A DNA stretch of 64,000 bases from assembly GCA_965113315.1 (NCBI GenBank), contig OZ220372.1; one strand, 5' to 3'. This DNA is from Podarcis vaucheri (Eukaryota). The notes beneath the pieces are model-generated. The model ran no database searches. It had not been told where the DNA came from and was given only the letters and a program-made list of their open reading frames with translations. Within the stretch, counting starts at the first letter, position 1, and every line of letters begins with the position of its first letter. The position numbers and the translations under genes are program-made. This document shows, in pieces, positions 36,257 through 48,106 of the stretch.

Positions 36257-38889
36257 TTCATAACACCCAAATGCATTTTTATTGTCCATTCTAGCTCAAA
36301 CTGATTCAGAAAATGAAGGACAAAGCCCATATAAATTATATACACCTTAAACCCCAGACAAATCAGGGGGATTGACAGCACAATCCTATGTTCAGAAGTA
36401 AATCCCATTCTATCCATTGGGGCTGGATGCAAAGGATTGGAGTCTTTATGACACAGTAAAAGCTCCAATCCTTTACTCATTTTCTTGGGGGCAGAGACAG
36501 AAATAGCTGTCAATTTCAGTTCTATCCATTTCTCATTTTCCCCCCAATCTAAAATTCAGTTCTCCACATTTCTGCACCAATTTCCATTTTCTGTCTCTAA
36601 AAAAATCCTCATGAAATTTTATCAGCATTTTTTGTATGAATGTCTCAGAAATGTATGTATGCAGTTCTAACTAACCTACACAGTGTTGTAAGTAATTTAT
36701 CCTAATATAATGCATTTTGTATGAAATAGCCTCATCTTTAGGCACACTTTCCCCTAATATATACCTTAGAGAAATATTATTTGGTCAGAGAACTGCATCA
36801 CATAATTCAGATACATGCACATTTCAAAGGATAGCTGTGCTTTTGTTCTCATATTGTTTCAGAAAGTGTGGACTCTGATAGATTTGGCTTTCAATTAGAA
36901 TTGAATTTTCTTCCCCAGCCCCACTTTGGAGTAAGTGCCATTGAACTCAGTGTGACTTACTTCTGCAATGACATGCCTTGGATTGTACTGTGAATTTATA
37001 AGGAGCACTTAACTGTCTTAGGATCACTATTTCTTATGCACTAGAACCCAGTGGACACAGTTTGGAAATGAAATATTGTCAACTGGTTTGGAGAGCAAAA
37101 AGTATGGGGCTGGGCTTGATTTCTTAACTGGAAGCTACACTGATTGCTTTGATATGGAAATTGATAGGGTAGGTTATAAAGTGCTTCAGGTGCTCCATTT
37201 TACTGAACTCGTATGGCTAGGATATGATAGGATATGATTTTAAGTTATAGAGAACTCTTCATCAGGCATGAAGTGAATATTCACTTCATGAAGTGAAAGA
37301 AGAGTGAAACTGGATGTGAAACTTCCTGCAAAGTGGGAAGAGTACAAAGGTTCACTAATGTGGGAGAACTCAAGGGCAAATCCTTACTCAGTCTTTAAGC
37401 TCATTAGGTATCGTCGAACCAGTTGCTATCATTCAGCTTAACCTACCCTCACAGAGGGTATAGAATACAAATTTCATACTGATAATGTATTTTTTTTTAA
37501 TATAAAAACACATTTTAAGCAAATGAAAGGTGCTAAAATGTTTTCAAAAATCTAATGAGACTCATACATTCACTAAAATTGGATTATACTTAGAATTCCT
37601 GAAAGCAGAACTATCACCAGACCATATGCCAAGATAAAGTAAGCACTTTTAATACCACACTGATCAATCAAAGCATCAGTATCGGACTGATAACAGCTCT
37701 GCATGTTCTCAGGCTGTGGTTCCTCTCACCATCTGCTGCCTTTCAAGTGGAGATACCAGCACTGGAACCTGGGAATTTCTTCGTGAAAAACACATTATTT
37801 TCACCAAGCTATGAATGAGAGATGGGGAATCAATGGTCCTGCTAGACTACCACTCCCATCTTAACTGGCCATGTTGACTGGGGCTGATGAGAGCTGGAGC
37901 CCACCACCATCTGGAAGGTCACAGGTTCTCACTCCTTCCATGAGCCCTTCCCAGCTCAAAATATAAGACCTTTTGAACTGCAGGTCTTTGTATTTTGAAT
38001 ACCCTCCCTACAAATTTACCCCATCACTAGCCCTTATTAGTGCAGGTTCTGAAGGTTCCAAAAAGGTTGGAAAGCCAGTGAAACAATATAGGCAGAAAAC
38101 AAATGGTAGATAACGTAAAGGAAATCCCAGTGGCACAGGGAAGCAGCAAGTAGAAATAATGATGGATACAAGAGTGAATGGATGCTTGTGTTACATACAT
38201 GCCCACTGAAAGTGAGAGATAAAATGAAGTCCATTGGGAATTGGACTGGAAAGAAGGAAGATGTAATATCACAATGCTACCAAAGCCTTCACAATTGGTC
38301 TGTGAGTTCCTTTCTTATTTCATGCTGGTAGGATATCATAAGCATAGGAGCTTTAAGATTAGGATTGTCAAGAGACACTGCAATATTTATTTTATTTACA
38401 AAAAAACATATGCCATTATTTCATAAATAAATCTCAAATAATCAAAAATAATACATAAAGCCACACAATACAACAATATAAAAGGTTAAGATAAGAAAGC
38501 AATTTACTATCGTGGAAATATGTATTTTTAGTTACCTGCTGAGGCATGGGAGAATAGAAGAGTTTTGAGCAGGCATATAAAATACGAAATAGAAGGTACA
38601 TGACATCTTAATGACTTCCACCAATAAAACCAAGATTTTAGTTTGATATTGCATGACCAGGCCATGACAGCCCCAGCCCCCAGGGATCATAAGAAAGGAA
38701 TAAACACTCTGACGTGTTATGGAATTAAAATTAGGCCACAACTTTATTAAACTTCCGAATGAAGACCTTGGCTTAGGCTGTGGGCATGTATCCCTCCCAG
38801 TCCCCCAGCTGGGGGAACAGGGGCACATCAGGGTAAATTTAACAGAACCACCTTTACCATTGGGGCATTGTAAAGATCCCAAGATCTCC

Positions 38890-39850
38890 TTCAACAATTT
38901 TGCATTTTATTTTTTTTGCAGATAAAGTCACTCAGATTTGGAAGGAGGTCGACACCACCGTGGGAGCAGGGTCGGGATGGGAGAGTGCTAGAGCCCTGTC
39001 TGGTCGAGTTGCATGGAATCAATTTCAATCCGTTACCCCCGAGGATGTGGACAGGCTGCTTGGATGCATGAAACCAACTGTCTCCTTGATCCTTGCCCAT
39101 CCTGGCTAATAAAAGCAAGCCAGGAAGAGCTGGGCGATGGGCCCTGCGGGGTGGTGAATGCTTCCCACTGTGAGGGAGTGTTCCCAGACCTGCTGAAAGA
39201 GGCAGTCATTAAACCGCTTCTTAAAAAAAAACTTTAGACCTAGCCAGTATGGCCAACTATTGCCCAGTCTCAAATCTTCCATTCTTGGGCAAGGTGATTG
39301 AGTGGGTGGTTGCTGAACAACTCCAGGCATGCCTGGAGGATGTGGACCATTTGGATCCCTTCCAATTCAGGCCTCATCATGGGACTGATGATCTCCGGCT
39401 GGCTAGGGACAAAAGTGAGAGCTATTTCCTAGTTTTGCTGGATCTCTCAGCGGCTTTTGATACAATCGACCATAACATCCTTCTGGACCGTCTAGAGGAG
39501 CTGGGAGCTGGGGGCACTGTTATACAGTGGTTCCGCTCCTTCCTCCTGGGCCATGTCCAGAAAGTGGTGGTGGAGGATGAGTGTTCAGACCCCTGGGCCC
39601 TCACTTGTGTGGTGCCTCAGGGTTCCATCCTCTCCCTCATGATTTTTAATATCTACATGAAGCCACTGGGCGACATCATCAGGGAGTTTGGGCTGAGTGT
39701 CCACCAATATGCGGATGATACCCAGCTCTACCTATCTTTTAAATCGGAACCAGTGAAGGCAGTAAAGTCCTGTGTGAGTGCCTAGAGGCAGTTGGAGGAT
39801 GGATGGCGGCTAATGGATTGAGGTTGAATCCTGACAAGACAAAAGTCCTG
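38890..39850 (+). mobile_element. L2 LINE reverse transcriptase fragment (frameshifted, with internal deletions)
   Basis: Motifs NYCPVSNLPFLGKVIE, LLDLSAAFDTIDH, VPQGSILS and YADDTQLY, followed by LRLNPDKT. Confidence 0.9.
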
Positions 39851-40914
39851 TTCTATGCAGCCTACAGTATGTTTAAAACACCTTATCCCCCAATGACTCT
39901 TGCAAACTTCACAGAGCTACAATTCCTAGGACACTTAAGAAATTAATGTTCCTGGAATTTATTTATTTTTTTTTTTTGGGGGGGGAGGTTGTGTGCTTTA
40001 AATAGTTTTAAATGTATGGTGTTGTATGCAGCCAAAATCAAAACAACTCCCTGACTTGCCTCTGAGCTGCTTGCTTAGAATAAATTTACATCTCAGCAGG
40101 CAACAATTTAACACTGCACTTTCACTCTTCAGATTTTCATAGGGAAATTTACTCCCTCTGGTCAGAGTTCTACTATGCCTCAGTATCTTTTGCTGTAGTT
40201 CTATTAGTTTCCCCCCTCAGCAAATGATAGAGGACTTTACAGTTCTGTGAGCACATGTTGAAGCTCAAACCAAACCCTTACACTGAACAGAAAGCAGTGA
40301 GTAACCTCACAGACCCATCCTCTATGGATCTCTAATCCTCTTAAAAGCTATCTAAGTTGGTGAATATCATCACATCTTGTACTAATGAATTTTGTAAGTT
40401 AATAATAGTGTGTGAAGAGTCACTTACTTTTGCCTGTCCTGAACCTACTGTCCTCCATTCTCTCTGAATTATAATAGAATGAGAGAGGGAGGTGAAAATG
40501 TTACCAAGTCAACTTTCGCCATGAGATGCATCATTTGCAGAACAGAGCTGAGAGGAAGACAGACTGAAGATGCAATGCTATGGAATTTAAATCAACCACA
40601 ACTTTATTACAAAGCCCTAAAAAAGCTATTATAAACAGTGTGTTACAGGGTAGGTGAGCTTATTTCATTTCCTTTGTGAATCGGCATCTGTCACTTGATA
40701 ACAGAAGACCCAAATTCTATCATTTAAATGTCACTCAGTTTTAAATGTTCTGTGACTACTTTAGAGGAATTTTCTACTTTCGACCAGAGTAATGTGGGGT
40801 GTGTGAATTGTTCTTACTTCTTCTGTCGGTCTAACTCTAAATAAAAACTCAACACTTAAGAGAGTTTATGTCAAAGCTGGCATGCATTCTGAAAACCTGG
40901 GCTGCCTATACGTA

Positions 40915-41156
40915 CAGTGGTACCTCGGGTTATATACACTTCAGGTTACATACGCTTCAGGTTACAGACTCCGCTAACCCAGAAATAGTACTTCAGGTTA
41001 AGAACTTTGCTTCAGGATGAGAGCAGAAATCGTGCTCCGGCAGCGCGGTGGCAGCGGGAGGCCCCATTAGCTAAAGTGGTGCTTCAGGTTAAGAACAGTT
41101 TCAGGTTAAGAACGGACCTCCGGAACAAATTAAGTACTTAACCTGAGGTACCACTG
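40915..41156. mobile_element. Tigger-like MITE, family A
   Basis: TA|CAGTGGTACCTC...GAGGTACCACTG|TA. Confidence 0.88.
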
Positions 41157-43811
41157 TATATGTTTGGCTAGCCACTAGATTTTCAGTCCTTTCCCTTATG
41201 GGCTAAAGATTCCTTCCTGATTGGACTCCAGGTCTGATTGGATATGCTTTCAATCAGAACTGGGGTCCAATCAGGAAGGACTGGTTAGCTGGGAGATCAT
41301 AAAAGCCCACGTCAAGGAAAAGTGAATTTCACAAGCTCTAAAATTCTTCTTCAGCTATAATTAAAATTAAAACTGGAGATGAATTCCAGGTTTCCACCCA
41401 CACGTCCCCACTAGCTTTAATTACCTGGAATTCCACCTGGAATTGACTTATTTTGCAAGTAGAAGGAGCCACAATAGAAGATGGAGAACAGAGAGGTGAG
41501 AAGGATTTCCTCTTTCCATCCTATTTGCTCCCTTATTGTGATGGGTTAGGCAAAGTGCATCAGGGTACAAAGCCCAGGAGCTATGGAAGATGCTGTTCTC
41601 CTAAGGATTGCTGCAGTGTGGGACTCCCACTGCATGATAAAATAAATTATGACCCCTTGAGATAAGATAAAATAGGCTAAGTGCAGAGCAAGGTCTCATG
41701 AGAATGAATTTCTTTCCTAACTTCTGAAGATCCCAAGACTTTGGGTCAGAACTGAGTTAGACCATCTATCTCCATCATTGACAACACTGATTGACAACGG
41801 TTCTCCAGCGATCCGAACAAGGATATTCCCAACTCTACCAGGAAATGCCAAGGATGGGAACTTAGGAAACTTCCATATGCTTGGTTCATCTAGCTCAATA
41901 TTGTCTACACTGACTGGCAGAGGCATTTCAGGGTTTCAGGCAGGGTTTTCGCACAGCCCTATCTGGAGGTGCCAGGGATTGATCTTTGGCAAGCAAAGTG
42001 AATACTCTACCACTGAGTTATGGCCCTTTCTCAAACTTTGAAGAACATATCTCCATTTCTAAATGAGCGGAGATGGGAAATGCAACTGATTTGTTTTAGC
42101 CGTGACAAATCATTTTGCAGATAACGGGATTTAATCAACATCTTCCGTGGGCCATTCTGAGGACCAGTATAAGTGACGACACACCAAGCAGTAAAGCTCA
42201 TCTGAACTATTTCCCTACAGAAAGCTATGCTCACTGTGCCCAGGAAAGTCCAATTTGTTCTCTTTTGTTCAGACGTGGTTCAGCTATGCTTGAGTGAGTC
42301 CTGTGAGTCAATGACTAAATTTCACCTTGTAATAAATATTCGTACCCATCAAAACCGTGGGACAGAATGAAAGATGAGCAAAAGAAAACAGCAAAATGTA
42401 TCTAAATAGAGTTTTGTGCACTTCAAAGGCACAGCATAACATCACTGCACATAACTATGAGAACTTTACCCCTCACAGAACTACTTTTCTGAGCACTCTA
42501 CAGGTCCCATGATTCTTTGGAAAATCTGCTTTAAATGTGTTTTAAAGGTATGGTGTGTACACAGCAGTTATGTTCTTATGACATTGTACCTCATATTTTA
42601 GGGAACTCTAATCACTCAGGGCAGCAGTTCTTTGTAGAAATGAATATACTCAGTTTCATAGTGACGTGAATTGAATAACTAAGCATTAAAAAAAAAGCTT
42701 CCACATTGATTACCAATAAAATTAAGTGAATATTCCATTTTGAGATGAAATTTTAGAGGCCAAAACAAAATGATTTATTTGTATTCATGTCATTTTTTTT
42801 ATGTTATAGCATCATCTGGTGGATATTTCTAGGAACAACTATTTAACGAAATAAAACTGTTGTGGCTCCGAGGGGGAGAAGTGGATGCATAAAAACATAA
42901 TAGGACTCCTGCTGGATGAGACCACAAGGCATATCAAGTTCAGCATTCTGTTTTCATAGAGGCCAACCAGATGAAAACTCAATCCTTGCAACCAGAACCT
43001 GAACTGGAAACAGAAAGCACCATTTTGGAGGACTGACTGGTATGACTGGCAGTTCCTGGTATGACAAAAAGACTACCAAAAAACCTCTCTGCCTAAGTCA
43101 ATGCAGATATGTTTATTTATTGCTGTACATGTGCAGTTGATGGTCATCCCCACATTTCTTTTTTGTGCAGTTGTCAGCCTGCCAGGTCTCTTGGGACAGT
43201 TTTTTTCAGTTATGGTGCATCTCACAAATGAATAGGGCATGTAAAGAAGGAAACTACAGTTGACCATAAACTACAGCTCAGTTTGTTTTAGTTTTATTTA
43301 CTACTGTAAGGTAAATAAGATGGACATTACTTAAGTCCACTAATTTTGGTAGGATATCATCAAATAAAATGCCATCTGCTGAACTTCTGGTGTTAACAAT
43401 TTCTGTCAGTACCAATTAAAATCAAAGTAAGTACTCCATTTTGATTGTTTTAATATTGTTTTCTAAATTAATTTATTAGATTTCTTCACCAAAAGCTCCC
43501 AGGGCAGATTGCAACAATATAATATACAATTATAAAAACAGAACAGTTACAATTAGGAAAAAAATCCAGTAAAACTATCCAGCTAGAACAGCACAGCACA
43601 GCTTCAAGAAAAGGGGTGCTTCCACTAAACAAGGGTCAGGGCAAAGAGGTGTAACTTCAGCATATGGTGAAAGCTATACAAAAAAGATGCTAGTCTAACC
43701 CCCATGGGGATGGAACTCCACACGTTAGGAGCTGCCACAAGGAAAGCTTTGACCAGGCCACCATTCCCCACACTTTGAGAATGGTGGAGCTACAATGTGA
43801 GCCCCCTCTGC

Positions 43812-44750
43812 CAGTGGCGTAGCGTGGGGGGTGCCAGGGGTGCCAGCTGCACCGGGCGCAACATTTTGGGGGGCGCGTTTGGCCGGCCCCCCTCAAGGAA
43901 GCGGGAACCTCTCCAAGGCACAGCGCGCTGTTGGTAGAGGAAAAAAGCCGAGCAGCAGCAGCAGCAAAGTCGGGAGGAGGAGGAGGTGGAGCGAGCCTGC
44001 TAAGAATTCCTCGCAGCTGGCCATCCAACCTCCAGCGAAGGAGGGCCCCGCTCCACCTTCCGAGGGAGCCTGCTAGGACCCCCGGCTCCCTGCAGGTGGC
44101 TCACAACCCCCGCTAGCCCGGCCGGGGCTCGGGGAGGATGGGAGCCGCCTGCTGGGCTGGCACAGCTGCGTGTGAAGGCGCGGAGGGAGGCGCTCCCAGG
44201 GCTGCCGGCGGCCTTTCCCCGCACGCGAAGGAGCAAGGGCGGTGGCGGCGGCGAGGCTGCGCAACAGCCGCTGCGTGAGAACGAGCCCTTGCCCAGCCCG
44301 GGGGACGATCCGGAGGCCCTCGCCGAGCGCGTCGCGTGTAGCCAGCCTGCCAGCCTGCCTGCCAGGGTGGAGCAAAGCGGCGGAGTGGGTAGAGGTTGCC
44401 CTTCTTTGCACGCAACCCCCCCCCCCCGCGTCACGCCTTAAATCCACCCTCCCACAAACTAGGAGCGAGCAGCTGAGAGGGAACAGCTGAGAGCCACCAG
44501 CAGCTTTTTCTGAAAATGCCCTTTTAAAAAAAAAATCCTAACATTTATAAACCGCTTGACAGCTACAAAAGCGGTTTGCCAAGAGAATAAAACTGCCAGG
44601 AAGCAGTGGTGTAGCGTGGGGGGGTGCAGGGGGGCCGGCCGCACCGGGCGCAACATCTGGGGGTTAGGGTTAGGGGGCGCAAATCCACGGGTTAGGGGGC
44701 GCAAATTACTTGCCTTGCCCCGGGTGCTGACAAGCCACGCTACGCCACTG
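43812..44750. mobile_element. Non-autonomous composite hAT element with GC-rich cargo
   Basis: Perfect 16-bp TIRs CAGTGGCGTAGCGTGG / CCACGCTACGCCACTG. 8-bp TSD CCCTCTGC at 43804-43811 and 44751-44758. An extra left end begins at 44604. Confidence 0.9.
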
Positions 44751-44903
44751 CCCTCTGCCGATCATAACCCACCAGATGGTCTGTAGACATCTAAGCAGCT
44801 TTGCAGTTATTTGGGAGACCTAAGTTGTTCAGGGTTTTAATCACTAATGTGAGAACTCTGAATTGGGTCTCCTAATGAACTAGCAATGGGTGCAGCTGTT
44901 TTA

Positions 44904-44905
<2 letters not shown>

Positions 44906-44973
<68 letters not shown>
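44906..44973. repeat. (TG)n(AG)n microsatellite
   Basis: Direct reading. Confidence 0.95.
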
Positions 44974-44976
<3 letters not shown>

Positions 44977-47900
44977 GCTCTAAATGGAATCTTGGCCAGT
45001 AGTCTGGCTGCGGTATTTTGGACTAGTTGAATATTCTGAATCATCCTCAACAACGGCCCCATACAGTTTTCAAGTTAGCAGAGCAGGAAGTAGAGTGGTC
45101 ATTCATATCACAGATGGCATATATTTCGATCAATCCACACTATGGAAGCAAGCTAAGCAACCCTGGATGCTTGTGTTATGTACTCAGGGTTAACCTTTGT
45201 GCATTTTGCATTCAAGAACTGAAAAGCATAAAAAGAGCTTCAAAACAGGAATTTGTGCTATGTCAATTCAGGGAATTCATGGCATTTGAAGTGTGTTGTG
45301 TAACTTAAGGCAGCCACATCAAAACGTTAGGAAAGATCAGCAAGTAAAGTAAAAGAAAGGTCTGAACTATTTCTGCAGCAAGCAAGAATCCAAGTGGCCA
45401 CTAGGTGCTACTCCTACTCCAAATATCCAGTGGAAAATACAAATACAAATCAAGAAGCAGCACTCTGTGAATATGAATTATATGTTCATTTGCAAACAAG
45501 CTATTTATTCATTTTGTTTTATACTGGCAATCACTACACCTTTCAGCAAATTCCCCATAATGGAAACAATTAAGCATAAAGAATAGTGTGATTTCTTAGG
45601 GTCACTTCTTGCTATCTTTGGGCAAATATCTGACGGCTTATTTACCTTTCTAGACCTATATTTTTGTGAGCCTCCATTTCTGTAGACTTGTGGCAAATTA
45701 AAAATATAAGAGCCACGCTGCATCAGACCAAAGGGCCATCTATTTCAGCATCTTGTTCTCTCAGTGGCCAACCAAATGCATACCCATCAACTGCCCTGAT
45801 TTGACCAGGACACCTCAGAATTATAGAAGTCATTCCAACTTCTGATTGGTTCCCAAGTGTGCTCAGTATGCTGACAAAACTTTGGGAGTGGGGCCCTGAA
45901 AGAAGTGTAACCTGATTTTCTTCTGCAGCATGTTGGAGGGTATGCAAATGTCCATGGGAAGCCTGCAAGCAGATTTTGAATGTAATAGCATCCTCCCCAC
46001 TTGTGAATCTTAGCAACTGGTGTTCAGAGGAATATGTGCCATATGAAGGTTTACTTTCCTTTTTTTGTCCTGTATCTTCCAACATACAGCTTCAGTGGAT
46101 GTCCTCAAGTTCTAGTGCTATGAGAGAGGAAGAAAACTTTCTGCTGGGAGATAATTGATACTGGCTGGTTCTTCATGCCAGAATAATGTGAAGACTGGTA
46201 CTAACTGGTACATTCACAGAAAGCTTAAGTCAAGGATGGGGAACGTGTAGCCCACCAGATATTGTCAGACTCCAACACTCAACCCGCTAAGCCAATATGA
46301 TAATTGATAAGGGGTTATGTAAATTGTAGTTCAGGAAATCTAGAGGACCATAGGTTCCTTATCTATGGGATGATGGCTAAGTATCCATGTTGGGGGGGGG
46401 TGTAATTCCAGTCATTTCTCTTGACATGGCGTTTCTTACATACCCTTGGGTAGTTCCATCACACACACAAGAGTTATTTTTATTTGATCTGTAAAAATGG
46501 CATAGATTACTTTTCAAACAAAATGCTTCCCAATGTGATTTTACAAAATAGAACCATAATACAACTTTAAAATCAAGTTAGAAACAGACATTTCTTTATA
46601 GTGCAAAACTTTACAAAAACCAGCACGAACGAACATAACCATGCAAACAAACGAAACTAAAGCAAAACCCAGATATAGCACAAAGTAGCCATTAAAAGCA
46701 GCAACTAAAATATAGATTTTGAAGGCCTGCTTAAACGTGTTAATGGGTAGAGCATCCCCAACTCCATGTAGAATTGAGTTCTTTTACTATGGAGTTACTG
46801 CCAGAACCACTAGAACTGAATAGCAATGAGCCTTGGGTCAAATTAGGGCATATATTTTCTTCCAGTGAAAGCTTAGCTTTTTAATATATTTGCATAAGGA
46901 TTCTGTCTAAGGATTAGGAATGTGTTCTTAATTCCACATTTCCTAGATTCTCAGAAATGGAACTGATGTGTCATCATCATCATCATTATCATCCTAAGGC
47001 TGGTTCAAGCATCTTCCATTGCTCAGCACCGGATTTAGGGTGGTATGGCCACAGGGTGCCAAACTAAAGCGGTGCAAAATTGAGTCGATCCATAATTGAG
47101 AAGTTCCATTTGGGGGCACCAAAATTTGGACTTGGTCAGGGCACCATATTAGGAAAGATTGCCTAAGTCTGCCCCTCCATTGCTTAGGTTGTGACCCCAT
47201 ACATTGTGGGTTGGGAACCTCAGGTCCTGGAGCCAAGTCTAGGCTTCTCTATTTTACCCCCAGAATTCTCCCTAGACTACAGTCCTCACCAGCCCTGTTT
47301 ACTGCCTCATCAAGTGCTTTTTGTCAGACAGGGGATTGGTATTTGAGCTGTCATGATGACTCCTGCTTTGATGTGAGTGAGGGTTGCAGAACCCTCTGAC
47401 TTTTGTGTGCTAAAGGATAGCCTACTGAATGAAGGTGAGAGTTGCATCCATTGATCTGCCCATTTGTTGTTGCCTCTTTGACCTCACACACCTTTGCCTC
47501 TTGTCCTGCCCACCAACAGCATGAAGGTTTGCTGATGAGGGAATGTGGTCTTCAGATGAAAACATTTTCCCCACTCCTTCCATGCACTTAACTGTCAAGC
47601 ACAGCAATATTGGGGAAAGTGCCTTGATGTGATGATATGCATGATCACATCCAGATTATATTTTAGTGGTGTGTGTGTGCATATGTTCCCTTTAGATATT
47701 TTCAATCACTGGCATATATTGGAGTAGGCAATGGGAATACATGTTCGTATCCATGTGTACCGTATGCCATGTTAATAGAGCCAGTGCTATGCATTATTTC
47801 ACAGACACCCAAAGAATCCGACCCTGTCTTTGTAATCTTTGAGATAAATGCTGATTTGTCTATGGCTCTCTGAACCTTTTTTAAAAAAAATAACAGCCAT

Positions 47901-48069
47901 GATCAAGAACAAAGAGGAAGAGGGGAAGACAATGACACCCCAAATCTATATGGAAACTGAAGACATAAATGAAGACGTAAATATTTTTCTTGCTCTTATC
48001 TGGTCTAAAGGAGAAATGAAACTGTGTTGGACTCTGATATCATGAAATGAGAGTTTTAAAAAGGAGAGG

Positions 48070-48106
<37 letters not shown>

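Noticed and set aside
39249-39785. Active reverse transcriptase gene
   Set aside because: Truncated L2 fragment with frameshifts and internal deletions.
43690-44790. Cluster of overlapping GC-rich ORFs
   Set aside because: Low-complexity products of stop-poor GC-rich transposon cargo, with no recognisable domain.
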